Positions 1-10,639 are shown, numbered from the whole stretch's first letter. The stretch is DNA of 60,469 bases, filler included, from 3 parts of 3 records of this genome joined end to end with filler, not necessarily neighbours in it; one strand, 5' to 3'. Translations and numbers: made by a program. The notes: generated by a model not told the origin, from the letters alone.

Positions 1-105
1 TGGCGGAGCTCAAGCGCCACATGGATGTGCCTGAGCGTGTTTTGGAAAGGCCTCACCCAGAGACTCCTTCCCCACAAGCAATAATCCATTTCAAGAGTAT
101 ATGTA

Positions 106-642
106 ATGTCGAATGTACGAACACACAAGGGTAACACGCCACAATTTGGAGAACGCGCCTGGATTGACCCAAGCGCAGTAGTCATCGGGGATGTCCAGAC
201 CGGGGATGACGTCTCTATCTGGCCGATGACCGTGGTGCGCGGCGACATGCACAAGATTCGCATCGGCAACCGCTGCAGCATTCAGGATGGGTCGGTGCTG
301 CACATCACTCATGCCAGTGATTATAACCCCGGTGGCTATCCACTTCTGGTCGGGGATGACGTGACCGTTGGCCACAAGGCGCTGCTGCACGGCTGCACCA
401 TTGGTAATCGGGTGCTGGTAGGTATGGGTTGCATCATCATGGACGGCGCCGTGGTGGAGGACGAAGTGATTGTCGCCGCAGGCTGCCTGGTGCCGCCGGG
501 CAAAACCCTGGAGTCCGGTTACCTGTACGTTGGGTCACCCTGCAAACAGGCCCGGGCGTTGTCGGATCAGGAAAAGACCTTCTTCAAGTACACCGCGGCC
601 AATTACGTCAAACTCAAGGACGACTATCTCAATGAGGTTTAG
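106..642 (+). CDS. yrdA: Gamma carbonic anhydrase family protein (YrdA-like)
   Basis: Hexapeptide-repeat left-handed beta-helix with RGD, IQDGSVLH and VGHKALLHGC Zn-ligand motifs; usual neighbour of aroE/hemF/tsaC. Confidence 0.9.
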   Translation: MSNVRTHKGNTPQFGERAWIDPSAVVIGDVQTGDDVSIWPMTVVRGDMHKIRIGNRCSIQDGSVLHITHASDYNPGGYPLLVGDDVTVGHKALLHGCTIGNRVLVGMGCIIMDGAVVEDEVIVAAGCLVPPGKTLESGYLYVGSPCKQARALSDQEKTFFKYTAANYVKLKDDYLNEV

Positions 643-657
643 TGGAGAGATCCGCCA

Positions 658-2277
658 TTGAAGCGACTGTTACTCACCACCATCCTGCTGAACGTTCTGT
701 TCCTGGCGTTGCTGCTGCCTCACTATCCCCAGATGCCCTGGTTGGCAGCGGAAGCCCTGTTGATCAGTGGACTGTTCGCTCTTCTACCTGAAAGCACGGG
801 GAAGCGTGTCGGAGCGGCAACTGTTGGCGCTCTCTTTGGCCTCCTCGCCTTCTTTGCACTGAGTGATGTTCTGGTTCGCCACAGCATCGGGCGACCTTTC
901 AATCTCTATCTCGAGTTGGGACTTGCCGGTTCGGTGTTTAACCTGTTGCAGAGCAACCTGGGCGTGATGCTGTCGCTGGTGCTGATCGTCATGGCCCTGA
1001 CTGTCTTCGTGGGGTTGGGCATCTGCGTGAGCCGGTTGCTCCGGCAGGTTGATGCAAACCGTTCCCGCGCCGCGGCAAGGGCTGTTGCGTCTCTGGGCAT
1101 CGTCGCCATCGGGGTAACGTTCTTACCGCAACCATTCGTAGGCCTGACGGCAGCCCGGGCAGCCACTCAGCAAGTTGAACTGGCCGCTGATACCTATCAG
1201 TCAACGGCCTCTTTCCAACAACATTTGATGGATAACCCGGGCGCGAGCCAATCCAGGCCACTGCAAGCGCTTGCTCAAACCGATGTGATCCTGGGGTTCA
1301 TTGAGTCCTACGGCATATCATCCGTCACCGACCCGCGTTACGGGCGCCTGATCCAGCCTCGCCTCCAGCAAATGGAGCAGGTGCTGGCGAACGCCGGCCT
1401 GCATATGGTCACGGGCCGCCTGCAATCCCCCGTTCAGGGTGGTCAATCCTGGCTGGCGCATACCACGCTGCTCAGCGGCCAATGGATCGATACCCAACTC
1501 GATTACGACACTTTCCTGGCCAGTGACTATCCCACACTGATTGACGATATGGGCGCGACTGGCCATGATTCCGTGGCTGTTATGCCCGCCATTACCCGCG
1601 AGTGGCCGGAGGGTCTTGCGTTCGGCTACAACCGCATCTATCACTCCACCTCCATGGGCTATTGTGGACCCGCCCTGAACTGGGTCACCATGCCGGATCA
1701 GTACACCTGGTCATGGTTCCAACGCCAGATTCGGGAGCGCGCCGATCATACCCCTGTGTTCGCTGAAGTGGCACTGATCAGCAGCCACGCGCCATGGGTC
1801 CCCATACTCCCGGTTCTGGACGATTGGGACAGCATTGGCGATGGAGAAATCTTTAACCGCTGGAAAGATGCCGGCGAAGCACCCGCAAGCCTGTGGCGGG
1901 ACCCCGAGCGCGTACGCGATCACTACGCCCGCTCGCTGGATTATGCGCTGAACGTGGCCACCGAGTACGCCAAACGTCATGTGGATAACAAGACCCTGCT
2001 GGTGCTGACAGGTGACCATCAGGCGGCCCCTTTGATCACAGGCGACAACGCCAGCCGCGACGTCGTTGTTCATGTGATCAGCGCCGACCCCACAATGCTG
2101 GCACCGTTTGTTGGAAGCGGTGATCAGGAAGGCTTACGCGGATTCCGTTGGGGCGCGCACCCTCACTCGGGTCAACCGGGGCCTTCAATGGCCAGTTTCC
2201 GGCCCTTCCTTCATCAGGCTTTCAGCCCGTCTCTCATCCCGGTAAAAATTTCTGCTGCAGACACTATTGAAAAATAA
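658..2277 (+). CDS. Membrane-anchored sulfatase/alkaline-phosphatase superfamily protein
   Basis: About 5 N-terminal TM helices, then ESYG, GGQSWLAH, SSHAPW and GDHQ motifs; TTG start after a GGAG RBS. Confidence 0.7.
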   Translation: MKRLLLTTILLNVLFLALLLPHYPQMPWLAAEALLISGLFALLPESTGKRVGAATVGALFGLLAFFALSDVLVRHSIGRPFNLYLELGLAGSVFNLLQSNLGVMLSLVLIVMALTVFVGLGICVSRLLRQVDANRSRAAARAVASLGIVAIGVTFLPQPFVGLTAARAATQQVELAADTYQSTASFQQHLMDNPGASQSRPLQALAQTDVILGFIESYGISSVTDPRYGRLIQPRLQQMEQVLANAGLHMVTGRLQSPVQGGQSWLAHTTLLSGQWIDTQLDYDTFLASDYPTLIDDMGATGHDSVAVMPAITREWPEGLAFGYNRIYHSTSMGYCGPALNWVTMPDQYTWSWFQRQIRERADHTPVFAEVALISSHAPWVPILPVLDDWDSIGDGEIFNRWKDAGEAPASLWRDPERVRDHYARSLDYALNVATEYAKRHVDNKTLLVLTGDHQAAPLITGDNASRDVVVHVISADPTMLAPFVGSGDQEGLRGFRWGAHPHSGQPGPSMASFRPFLHQAFSPSLIPVKISAADTIEK

Positions 2278-2293
2278 GCGACCGATCCTACAT
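2267..2293 (+). promoter_or_regulatory. Putative sigma-32 (RpoH) promoter of the Hsp20 gene
   Basis: TTGAAA-N14-CCTACAT versus consensus TTGAAA-N13/14-CCCCAT, about 115 nt upstream of a small heat shock gene. Confidence 0.5.
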
Positions 2294-2408
2294 TCGAAAA
2301 TAGCAGAAGTTCACGGAAAACCATCCGGCTGGCGCCACCGGTATGGAGCTGTTCCGCGAGCGAAGCTGACATCAACGTGTGATTTCAGATTCGTAGGAGG
2401 GGTTTCAT

Positions 2409-2864
2409 ATGACCAACATTACTCGCTGGAATCCGGTCAACGAGTTCGAAGACCTGATTAACCGCTACAACCGCTACTTCGGCCTTGCCCGTGGCAATGG
2501 CGAGCGTGAGGGTAAAGACCTGTTCAGCCGCAGCGACTGGGCACCGGCGGTGGATATCCGGGAAACACCGGAAGCGTTCCGCATTGAGGCGGAACTGCCG
2601 GGCATGTCAAAGGATGATGTAAAAGTCACCGTGCAGGATGGCGTGTTGAGCATCCAGGGTGAGCGCAAGCAAGAGGAAGAAACCAACGACAGCAAGCACC
2701 ATCGCGTGGAGCGAATCTATGGCAGCTTCCTGCGCCGGTTCACCCTGCCGGAGAATGTGGATGAGAACAGTATCCGGGCCAACTTCAAGGATGGCATCCT
2801 GTCGCTGACGTTAACCAAGGCCGAGCCGGCCGAACCCAAAGCTATTGAGGTGGACGTGCAGTAA
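2409..2864 (+). CDS. Hsp20/alpha-crystallin small heat shock protein
   Basis: PAVDIRET, ELPG, ERIYGSFLRRFTLP and ANFKDGILSLTLTK motifs; strong AGGAGG RBS. Confidence 0.95.
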   Translation: MTNITRWNPVNEFEDLINRYNRYFGLARGNGEREGKDLFSRSDWAPAVDIRETPEAFRIEAELPGMSKDDVKVTVQDGVLSIQGERKQEEETNDSKHHRVERIYGSFLRRFTLPENVDENSIRANFKDGILSLTLTKAEPAEPKAIEVDVQ

Positions 2865-2895
2865 ACCGGCGGGCCGTCAATGGTAGAGCCGGGGC

Positions 2896-3213
2896 TCAGC
2901 TCCCGGCCTCTGCCGTTGTTTTTGCGCCGGCTTTGCGAAGTGTCTCAGCGTAAGCGGTGCTACGACGGTGCCGCGACACCAGGTCCAGGATAGTCTCACC
3001 ATTTTCATCAACTGCGTTGAGATCCCGCCCCGCTTCCACAAAGAAACCGACGAAACGGTCAAAGTCTTCGGCAATCATGGCCTGGTAGGCCTTGATCAGG
3101 GCATTGAAGTCAGGATTGATGTTGCTGTCGTAGGGCGTAATGGCCAGGAAGCTCTTTACCCGCTCATCGCTCCATTCCTCACCAATCACTTTCGGTTTGT
3201 CAGGTCCGCTCAT
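2896..3213 (-). CDS. Conserved hypothetical protein (PA4642-like)
   Basis: DKPKVIGEEWSDERVKSFL...LIKAYQAM...DFDRF pattern recalled from this small gammaproteobacterial family. Confidence 0.65.
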   Translation of the reverse strand: MSGPDKPKVIGEEWSDERVKSFLAITPYDSNINPDFNALIKAYQAMIAEDFDRFVGFFVEAGRDLNAVDENGETILDLVSRHRRSTAYAETLRKAGAKTTAEAGS

Positions 3214-3359
3214 AATCTCTCTGGCCTTTTCGTTACAGCTTTTTACAGCAAATAGTTACGACAAATGTGTTTGCGTTGGGCTGCACAGTATAAAGATCTA
3301 AAAGCGCCGGGGTTATATAAATTCACTATGAGGAGCTTCCCGGCAGGCATATGCGAACT

Positions 3360-4193
3360 TCACGGGTTAATTTCCACCGGTAACTGATCCGTCTCCACGC
3401 TGTCGTCGCATTGCGGGTTGCGGATGGCGATCTCCACTCTTCGGTTCTTGGCCCGGTTCTCCGGGCTGTCGTTGGGCGCCAGCGGGTTGGTTTCCGCCCG
3501 GCCCGCCGCGACAACCCGCTCCGCCGGCACCTGACGATTCAGCACCAGCTCGTGAACCACCGACACGGCACGCGCGGCAGACAGGTCCCAGTTAGAGCGA
3601 TAGCGGCCACTGGCTATCGGGCGGTCATCCGTGTAACCCGCCACCAGAACGTCACCGGTGCAACCAGACAACACCTCTACCACCCGCTCGATGATCGGCA
3701 CCATTCCCGGCTTGATCGCCGCTTCTCCGGAGCGGAACGTGGCTTCCTCCGAAAACCGGATCACCACCCGGCTTTCATCGTAGTTGACGCTCAATGCCTC
3801 CGAAGCCACTTCCGGTTCAAGCTCTTCGATCATTCGGCTGGCCAGATCGATCACACCCGCCGGAATTTTGGTCGGGGCATCCCCCTCCGCGCGTTCATCA
3901 ATAAATTCGGGCTCGTCGGTCGCCGTCTCCATTGGCTCCGGCAGGGAAACCGTATCCGACTCAATCAATGTCAGCGGCGAGCCCCCCACCGCATCGCCGA
4001 GCACCTGGTTGCTGCCGAAGGCCACCGCCATGGAATTGGCCATAGCACGGTATTTTTCAACATCCATTTCGGCGAAGGACAGCAACAGGATAAAAAAGGT
4101 CAGCAGCAGGGTGGCCAGATCGGCAAAGGTGACGATCCAGGCCGGGGAGCCACGACCATGCTTCTTCTTTTTGACGGGCTGGCGGACCACCAA
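3360..4193 (-). CDS. motB: Flagellar stator B subunit (MotB/PomB family)
   Basis: WIVTFADLATLLLTFFILL TM with the essential Asp; OmpA-like C-terminus GYTDD...NWDLSAARA...NRRVEI. Confidence 0.9.
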   Translation of the reverse strand: MVVRQPVKKKKHGRGSPAWIVTFADLATLLLTFFILLLSFAEMDVEKYRAMANSMAVAFGSNQVLGDAVGGSPLTLIESDTVSLPEPMETATDEPEFIDERAEGDAPTKIPAGVIDLASRMIEELEPEVASEALSVNYDESRVVIRFSEEATFRSGEAAIKPGMVPIIERVVEVLSGCTGDVLVAGYTDDRPIASGRYRSNWDLSAARAVSVVHELVLNRQVPAERVVAAGRAETNPLAPNDSPENRAKNRRVEIAIRNPQCDDSVETDQLPVEINP

Positions 4194-4196
4194 AAC

Positions 4197-4970
4197 CTAC
4201 GCCTCCCGCTCCGGCGCAAGACCGTTGCGCTGCTCCGGCGTTACGAAGGACGACAGCAGTTCGGTCATCACCCGGGGATTCTCGCCGCGCATGATAGTAC
4301 GCATCGACGTGGTGATCAGTACCTGGTTACGTGCCTCATCTTCGGCCTTGAGCTGCAGCTTGTCGGCCAGGGGCAGGGCGATCAGCTGGGCGATGAAGGC
4401 GCCATAGAGCGTGGTCAGCAGGGCGATCGCCATGGCCGGGCCAATGGAGGACGGATCGTCGAGGGTGTTGAGCATCTGCACCAGGCCAACCAGCGTACCC
4501 AGCATACCGATGGCCGGAGCGGATTCACCAATACCACGAAATACCCTTTCGGAGACTTCGTAACGCTCAGCCGTCTGTTGGGTTTCCTGGGCCAGAGCTT
4601 CTTCAACCAGCTCCGGTGGGTGGCCGTCCACGCACAGATTGATGGCCTTTTGCAGAAACTCGTTTTTGGTGGGGTGGTTTTCCAGGCCCAGGATACCTTC
4701 CTTGCGAACGACAAGAGCCAATGTGCCAACTTCGCGGATCAACTCCGCCGGCCGTTCTACGCGGTCCTTGAATGCCGCTGAAAACGCCAGCCTGAAAGCA
4801 CTCATCACCGAAGGCAGACGAAACTTGATCAGGGTAACGGCAAACGTGCCACCCAGCACAATCGCCAACCCCGGAAGGTTGAAAAAGGTCAGTATCGACG
4901 CGTTAGCCAGCATCGCAAGCACGACAATCAGTACGCCTGCCACCAGCCCGACAAGGGTGAGTATATCCAT
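4197..4970 (-). CDS. motA: Flagellar stator A subunit (PomA/MotA family)
   Basis: APAIGMLGTLVGLVQML...IGPAMAIALLTTLYGA, closely PomA-like; 257 aa. Confidence 0.9.
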   Translation of the reverse strand: MDILTLVGLVAGVLIVVLAMLANASILTFFNLPGLAIVLGGTFAVTLIKFRLPSVMSAFRLAFSAAFKDRVERPAELIREVGTLALVVRKEGILGLENHPTKNEFLQKAINLCVDGHPPELVEEALAQETQQTAERYEVSERVFRGIGESAPAIGMLGTLVGLVQMLNTLDDPSSIGPAMAIALLTTLYGAFIAQLIALPLADKLQLKAEDEARNQVLITTSMRTIMRGENPRVMTELLSSFVTPEQRNGLAPEREA

Positions 4971-5054
4971 CAGAGACCTTAAATCAGCGATTAATCAGCG
5001 ATCTTCGGGAACCGTTTGCACCTGCGAAGCATAGCCCATTCATCCGGGTTGGGC

Positions 5055-5882
5055 TCAGTCGTTTCGCAATTCTTCAATCACCGGACGGGTGTCCGGAGTT
5101 TTTCCACGCCATATCCGGAACGACTCCGCCGCCTGTTCCACCAGCATGCCCAGGCCATCGAACACCCGGGTGGCTCCCTGGTCCAGAGCCCACTGGTTGA
5201 AGGTGGTGGTCTGCAGAGAATACATCATGTCGTAGATCACCGTGTCGGCACCGATCACACTTGTGGAAACCGGCGGCAAATCTCCCTGCAGGCTGGCACT
5301 GGTGCCGTTGATGATAACGTCGAAAGCGTCGGCCGGCTGTTCGAATCCGCAGGCCTCCAGGTGCGTATCGCCGGCCACGGATTCAAAGAAACTGACCAGC
5401 CCCTCGGCTTTTGCCAGGGTGCGGTTGGCAATCGTCAGGGCAGCGGGCTCTTCAGCAAGAATCGGCCCCAGAACACCACGAACGGCCCCGCCTGCGCCCA
5501 GCACCAGCAGGCGTTTACCCGCCAGGCGAACGCCATGGTTGACCATCAGGTCGGTAACCAATCCTTTGCCATCGGTGTTATCGGCGGTAAGTGAGCCTTT
5601 ACTGTCTTTGTAGAGTGTGTTCGCCGCACCCGCTCGCTCGGCGCGCTGGGTCCGCAGGTCCGCCAACTGCCAGGCCTGCTCCTTGAAAGGCACGGTGATA
5701 TTCAACCCTTTGCCACCGCGTTCAAAAAAGCCTTTTACGGTATTCGCGAAATCGTCTTCCGGCGCCTGTATGGCCGTGTATTCCAGCTGCTCGCCGGTCT
5801 GGCGGGCAAACAGGCTATGAATGCGGGGGGATTTGCTGTGACTGATCGGATTGCCAACCACCGCATACAGATCATTGTGCAT
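5055..5882 (-). CDS. aroE: Shikimate dehydrogenase
   Basis: [26 protein letters not shown] and [10 protein letters not shown] motifs. Confidence 0.97.
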   Translation of the reverse strand: MHNDLYAVVGNPISHSKSPRIHSLFARQTGEQLEYTAIQAPEDDFANTVKGFFERGGKGLNITVPFKEQAWQLADLRTQRAERAGAANTLYKDSKGSLTADNTDGKGLVTDLMVNHGVRLAGKRLLVLGAGGAVRGVLGPILAEEPAALTIANRTLAKAEGLVSFFESVAGDTHLEACGFEQPADAFDVIINGTSASLQGDLPPVSTSVIGADTVIYDMMYSLQTTTFNQWALDQGATRVFDGLGMLVEQAAESFRIWRGKTPDTRPVIEELRND

Positions 5883-6813
5883 CAGCGCTCTCCAGCCAGT
5901 CCCGCCCGGTAAGAAAGTAGTCCGTCAGCCGCGCTTCCTCCGATCCGGGCTCCGGCACGAAGTCGTACTCCCAGCGCACCAGCGGAGGCAGCGACATCAG
6001 GATGGATTCGGTACGGCCACCGGACTGCAGGCCAAACAGGGTGCCCCGGTCGTACACCAGGTTGAACTCCACGTAGCGGCCGCGGCGGTACAGCTGGAAA
6101 TCGCGCTCGCGATCGCCCCACACCATGGCTTTTCGTCGCTCGATAATGGGCTCATAGGCATCGATGAAGCTGTCCCCGACTGACTGCATCAAGGCAAAAT
6201 CACGGCTGAAATCCCCGGTGTTGTGGTCGTCAAAAAACAACCCTCCCACGCCCCGCGGCTCGTCCCGGTGTTTGAGGTAGAAATAGTTGTCACACCAGTG
6301 CTTGTACTCACGATACAGTTGGTCGCCGAAAGGATCACAAGCGGCTTTCGCAACCCGGTGCCAATGGACGCAATCCTCGTCGAAGCCGTAATAGGGCGTA
6401 AGGTCATAACCCCCGCCAAACCAATAGACCGGCTCTGCATCCTCGGGGGTCGCAACAAAAAACCGGACGTTGGCGTGGGACGTGGGTACGTAGGGGTTCG
6501 AAGGGTGCATGACCAGAGACACCCCCATGGCTTGCCAGGGCGCACCCGCCAGGTGGGGTCTATGCGCGGTGGCTGACGCAGGCATGGTCTCGCCCATCAC
6601 ATGGGAGAAATTTACACCGCCTTTCTCGAACACCTCGCCATCGGTGATCACCCGGCTGATGCCACCTCCGCCCTCGGGCCGGTCCCAGGCATCGGTTTCA
6701 AAAACGCCCTTGCCATCGACCGCAGCCAGCCGTTCGCAGATTCGACCCTGCAGGCCAAGCAGGTATTGTTTCACGGCATTGGTGTCGGGGTGCTGGACAG
6801 GGTGCTGAGACAT
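5872..6813 (-). CDS. hemF: Oxygen-dependent coproporphyrinogen III oxidase
   Basis: [60 protein letters not shown]. Confidence 0.97.
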   Translation of the reverse strand: MSQHPVQHPDTNAVKQYLLGLQGRICERLAAVDGKGVFETDAWDRPEGGGGISRVITDGEVFEKGGVNFSHVMGETMPASATAHRPHLAGAPWQAMGVSLVMHPSNPYVPTSHANVRFFVATPEDAEPVYWFGGGYDLTPYYGFDEDCVHWHRVAKAACDPFGDQLYREYKHWCDNYFYLKHRDEPRGVGGLFFDDHNTGDFSRDFALMQSVGDSFIDAYEPIIERRKAMVWGDRERDFQLYRRGRYVEFNLVYDRGTLFGLQSGGRTESILMSLPPLVRWEYDFVPEPGSEEARLTDYFLTGRDWLESADAQ

Positions 6814-6821
6814 GGGAACTC

Positions 6822-7397
6822 CTAGCGCAGTTGCTTTCCGCTGACGATATCGATGATACGGCTGGGTTGACGATTACCGCCCAGGTCTCCTGGCACCAGC
6901 CAATCCAGTTGGCCCTCGAAGTAACGACGCACCTGCCAGGAGGAACGGGCCGGCTGGCGTCCTGCCGGATTACAGGAGGTTGAAACCAGGGGAAAGCCGA
7001 CCGCCTCGCACAAGGCGCGCACAACAGGGTGGTCACTGACCCTGACAGCGATGGAGCTGTGATGCCCCCGAACCTGTTGTGGGATTTGCTTGCGGATATC
7101 CGGCAGAAGACAGGTAACCGGGCCAGGCCAATGACTCATCGCCTGGCGCTGCTGCTCCTTCGGCAATGGGTCCAACAGGAACCGTATCTGATCAACAGAC
7201 GCCGCCACAAGGATCAGTCCCTTCTCCATGGGACGCTGCTTGAGCGACAGGACCCGTTCAACGGCGTCCTGATCCCAGGGGTCACAACCCAGCCCCCAGA
7301 CGGCTTCCGTGGGATAGGCAATGACCCCGCCACCAAGGACGGTGCGGCGGGCGCAATGAAGGTGCCAGTCGGACAAAGGTTGCTGTGGTAATTTCAT
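6822..7397 (-). CDS. tsaC: Threonylcarbamoyl-AMP synthase (Sua5/YrdC)
   Basis: [26 protein letters not shown] and STSCN motifs; start moved to ATG 7397 to avoid overlapping dprA. Confidence 0.93.
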   Translation of the reverse strand: MKLPQQPLSDWHLHCARRTVLGGGVIAYPTEAVWGLGCDPWDQDAVERVLSLKQRPMEKGLILVAASVDQIRFLLDPLPKEQQRQAMSHWPGPVTCLLPDIRKQIPQQVRGHHSSIAVRVSDHPVVRALCEAVGFPLVSTSCNPAGRQPARSSWQVRRYFEGQLDWLVPGDLGGNRQPSRIIDIVSGKQLR

Positions 7398-7423
7398 GAA
7401 ATCTTCAAGTCTGTAAACGTGGC

Positions 7424-8590
7424 TCAGCCAATCCGTTGAAACCCTCCCGGCGCAGAATCCACCAATCCCTGTAACTCCAAGAGAAGCAGCGACTGCATCA
7501 ACTGATCGGCGGGAAGACCGGTCACTGAACACAAATCATCGGTTGACTGCGGATCATACCCTAAAGCCTCCAACACCGCGATTTCCCGGGAGTCCAGGCC
7601 TTCGGGTGCTGGCCTTTTCATGATCACCGAAGAGGAATCGCCCTCGTTCTGACTGGTCCACCAGCCGCCGAGTTCCTCGCAGATATCGTCCACGGTTTCC
7701 ACCAGCTTCGCACCCTGGCGTATCAGGTGATGGCAGCCCCGTGCCAAAGGATTGTGGACCGAGCCCGGAATCGCAAATACCTCCCGCCCCTGTTCCAGCG
7801 CCAGTCGGGCGGTGATCAGGGAGCCGCTTTTGAGTCCCGCCTCTACCACCAGGATACCTCGACTAAGGCCGCTGATAATCCGGTTTCGGCGAGGGAAGTG
7901 GCCCGCCTTGGCGGAGGTGCCCGGCGGGTATTCGGACACAATCACTCCCTCTCCGGCGATGCGCTCACTGAGCGTGCGGTGGCGGTAGGGGTAAGGCTTA
8001 TCAACACCATTGCCAATCACGGCGACGGTCGGGAAGCCGGCATCCAGGGCGCCGGCATGGGCGGCGCCGTCCACCCCCAGGGCCAACCCGCTGGTCACCA
8101 GCAAGCCTTTTTGGCCGAGCGCCGCGGCAAAGGAACGGGCATGTTCCAGCCCGGCCCGGGTGGCGTTGCGGCTACCTACAATACCGATCTGCTCGCGCCC
8201 CAGCAGGGAGCGATCACCGCGCACATAGAGGACCAATGGCCCGTCGTGAATATGCCTGAGAGGCTCGGGGTAGTCGGCATCGGCGATGGTCAGGATAGCC
8301 GTGCCGGTCCGCAGGCAATCCCGGTATATGCCGTCGGCGCTGGCGATCACAGGGTGAGCGCTGTCCTGGCGGCGCCATGCCTGGAGAGCGTCGATCGTTT
8401 CCGCCGCCAAACCCAGTGCTTTCAGCGTGGCGGCGTTATGGGTCAGGAGATGCTGGAAATCCGGAATCTGTTCGAGGATCGCCTGCTGGCGACGGGCTCC
8501 GAATTTCGGCAGACAGGACAGGAATATCCAGACCCCGTGTTCCGACTGGAACAGGTTCGGGACAGACAGGGGCTCGGTAGAGAGGGGCAT
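7424..8590 (-). CDS. dprA: DNA-processing protein DprA (Smf)
   Basis: IVGSRNAT, SGLALGVDGAAH, FPRRNRIISGLS and EAGLKSGSLITA motifs; C-terminal winged helix. Confidence 0.96.
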   Translation of the reverse strand: MPLSTEPLSVPNLFQSEHGVWIFLSCLPKFGARRQQAILEQIPDFQHLLTHNAATLKALGLAAETIDALQAWRRQDSAHPVIASADGIYRDCLRTGTAILTIADADYPEPLRHIHDGPLVLYVRGDRSLLGREQIGIVGSRNATRAGLEHARSFAAALGQKGLLVTSGLALGVDGAAHAGALDAGFPTVAVIGNGVDKPYPYRHRTLSERIAGEGVIVSEYPPGTSAKAGHFPRRNRIISGLSRGILVVEAGLKSGSLITARLALEQGREVFAIPGSVHNPLARGCHHLIRQGAKLVETVDDICEELGGWWTSQNEGDSSSVIMKRPAPEGLDSREIAVLEALGYDPQSTDDLCSVTGLPADQLMQSLLLLELQGLVDSAPGGFQRIG

Positions 8591-8593
8591 GGC

Positions 8594-8644
8594 ATCCTTC
8601 CGTGGATCAGGGTTGGCTAACGGGGCCTGCCTTCCTGGCAGGCC
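8594..8644 (-). promoter_or_regulatory. Two GGA-loop hairpins in the dprA leader (putative CsrA/RsmA sites)
   Basis: Minus strand GGCCTGCC-AGGAA-GGCAGGCC (8644-8624) and ATCC-ACGGAA-GGAT (8607-8594); the second covers the RBS. Confidence 0.55.
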
Positions 8645-8662
8645 GAGGGTGAATTATGCCAT

Positions 8663-8693
8663 AAAAAAAGGAGCCGGCGATGCGGCTCCCTTT
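8663..8693 (-). terminator. Intrinsic terminator after the LysM gene
   Basis: Minus strand AAAGGGAGCCG-CATCGC-CGGCTCC followed by 7 T. Confidence 0.85.
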
Positions 8694-8720
8694 CTACGGA
8701 CGTCTTACGTTGTGATCAGC

Positions 8721-9737
8721 TCAGGGATTGGTCACCTTGTCACCAACCGACAACGGACGGGTGGCCTGCAGGATCAGGCCATAGCTCATTTTCTCGTAGG
8801 TCTGGAACACCATCATCAGCCCGGCACGCTCGGAGGGCAGTTCGATGGTTTCATTGGTGACCGGGTCCCGAACCAGATTGCCACTCTTCAGCACGGCCAT
8901 GACATTGCCCGGCTTCAGACCTTCCCGTTCACCGCGGTTGATAGCCACCACGTCAAACTGCCCGATCTGGCTGACACCACCATCGACCGAGATCATCTGG
9001 GCCTCGATGTCACTGTCGGGAGAGCTGGGCACAAAACTGGTGGTGATGCGACGCTCTTCGCCAACCAGCAGACGGTCCCCGATGCGCACTTCCTCATTGG
9101 ACTGCTTCAGTCGGAGTGTCAGAACGTCTTTATTCTCGGCAATGACTTCGCCGCGGGCAATACTCCGGGCCTCAAGGCCAAGGAACTCGCCGGTTTCCGG
9201 ATCGCGGAATTCCTTGCTGCGGCGGAAGACGCCCACATTGTCAGCCGGCTTCTCACCACGGGCGTAAATCCGATCACCCGCGCCGGTAATTATCCGGCCG
9301 TCCTCGCCTTCCAGCACGTAAGGCGCGCCATTGAGTGCCTCAACGTCAACAATACGCGTGTCGGTCAGGAAACTGCTGATCGCATCCAGGGGAATCGCGG
9401 GAATCGGCGTATCGATGGGCTCGGAACGCACTTTTGGTGAAAGCTTCACCACCCGATCACTGGAAACCTTGGTAACACGCGGCTTGCCGTCAATATAGAC
9501 CAGCGCCAGCTCGTCACCCGGATAGATCAGGTGTGGGTTTGCAACCTGTGGATTCACGTGCCAGATTTCCGGCCAGTACCAGGGGTTATTCAGGAAGCGG
9601 GCGGAAATATCCCACAGGGTGTCACCCTTCACGACAGTGTAACGCTCGGGATGATCGGACCTCAGTTCCGGGGCGGCGTGGGCCCAGGAGGTTAGCAGCA
9701 GCATGCTTGCTGCCAGAGCGTACAGCAGTTTCCTCAT
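8721..9737 (-). CDS. Exported LysM peptidoglycan-binding protein (TsaP-like)
   Basis: Signal peptide, then LysM YTVVKGDTLWDIS...NPHLIYPGD; conserved position between def and dprA. Confidence 0.9.
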   Translation of the reverse strand: MRKLLYALAASMLLLTSWAHAAPELRSDHPERYTVVKGDTLWDISARFLNNPWYWPEIWHVNPQVANPHLIYPGDELALVYIDGKPRVTKVSSDRVVKLSPKVRSEPIDTPIPAIPLDAISSFLTDTRIVDVEALNGAPYVLEGEDGRIITGAGDRIYARGEKPADNVGVFRRSKEFRDPETGEFLGLEARSIARGEVIAENKDVLTLRLKQSNEEVRIGDRLLVGEERRITTSFVPSSPDSDIEAQMISVDGGVSQIGQFDVVAINRGEREGLKPGNVMAVLKSGNLVRDPVTNETIELPSERAGLMMVFQTYEKMSYGLILQATRPLSVGDKVTNP

Positions 9738-10111
9738 TGTTTAAGTCCTTGATCGCGTGCCTTGAATCGATAGATTCTGTTCTTGGTAAGCAGCCGGTAC
9801 TCTGCCTTTTATACCACTACTATAGAAGATGTCTCGCAAATTGTGATGTTATCTTTTGTTCTTCCAGTAAATTCTACGCTATGGTCGAAAGCTTTTGACT
9901 ATCAACTGATCAGTTTGTACTCAATGAGCGAGTTGAGGGATAATAGCACCATAAACGGCAAAAACCCGTTGAAACCGGCTCTTTCATCCCGATCATAATA
10001 GTCACGGGATGGAAAAATGCGCAGTACGCTGTCGCATTTCGGAGACAGTATTCACACCGTTACAAAAGATAACGGTGAAAGCCAGAATCAGACACCAAAA
10101 GTACGAGCGCC

Positions 10112-10615
10112 ATGATACTAGATATTCTCGAATACCCGGACCCCCGCTTGCGCACCCTTGCCAAGCCAGTGGACGAGGTAACAGACGAGACCCGCAAGCT
10201 GATCGACGACATGTTCGAGACCATGTACGATGCGCCCGGCATTGGCCTGGCAGCCACCCAGGTCAATGTACACAAGCAGATCATCGTCATGGATCTGTCC
10301 GAAGACAAAAGTGAACCGCGGGTATTCATCAATCCGGAAGTGGAAGTGCTTGATGGCGAGCTTGAGGAGATGCAGGAAGGCTGCCTGTCGGTACCGGGTT
10401 TCTACGAGGACGTCTCCCGTATCGAACACTGCATGATCAGGGCTATTGGCCGTGACGGCAAACCCTTTGAGCTGGAAGCCCGTGGCCTGTTGGCGGTATG
10501 TATCCAGCATGAGATGGATCACCTCAACGGCAAGCTGTTTGTGGACTACCTGAGTTCACTGAAGCGCACCCGTATTCGCAAGAAACTGGAAAAGCTTCAC
10601 AAGAAAAGCGCCTGA
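10112..10615 (+). CDS. def: Peptide deformylase
   Basis: [13 protein letters not shown] and QHEMDH motifs. Confidence 0.98.
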   Translation: MILDILEYPDPRLRTLAKPVDEVTDETRKLIDDMFETMYDAPGIGLAATQVNVHKQIIVMDLSEDKSEPRVFINPEVEVLDGELEEMQEGCLSVPGFYEDVSRIEHCMIRAIGRDGKPFELEARGLLAVCIQHEMDHLNGKLFVDYLSSLKRTRIRKKLEKLHKKSA

Positions 10616-10639
10616 AGCCGCCAAAACAGCGTAAATCGG

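Noticed and set aside
3411-4781. Long antisense ORFs (456 aa here; also 8427-9440, 16353-17348, 19053-20285, 23367-24605, 26551-27792)
   Set aside because: Shadow frames opposite well-supported genes in GC-rich DNA, with no recognisable motifs.
3360-4970. MotA/MotB-like pair as Zorya anti-phage ZorAB
   Set aside because: The A subunit is 257 aa with no long cytoplasmic tail, motifs are PomA/PomB-like, and there are no zorC/D/E neighbours.
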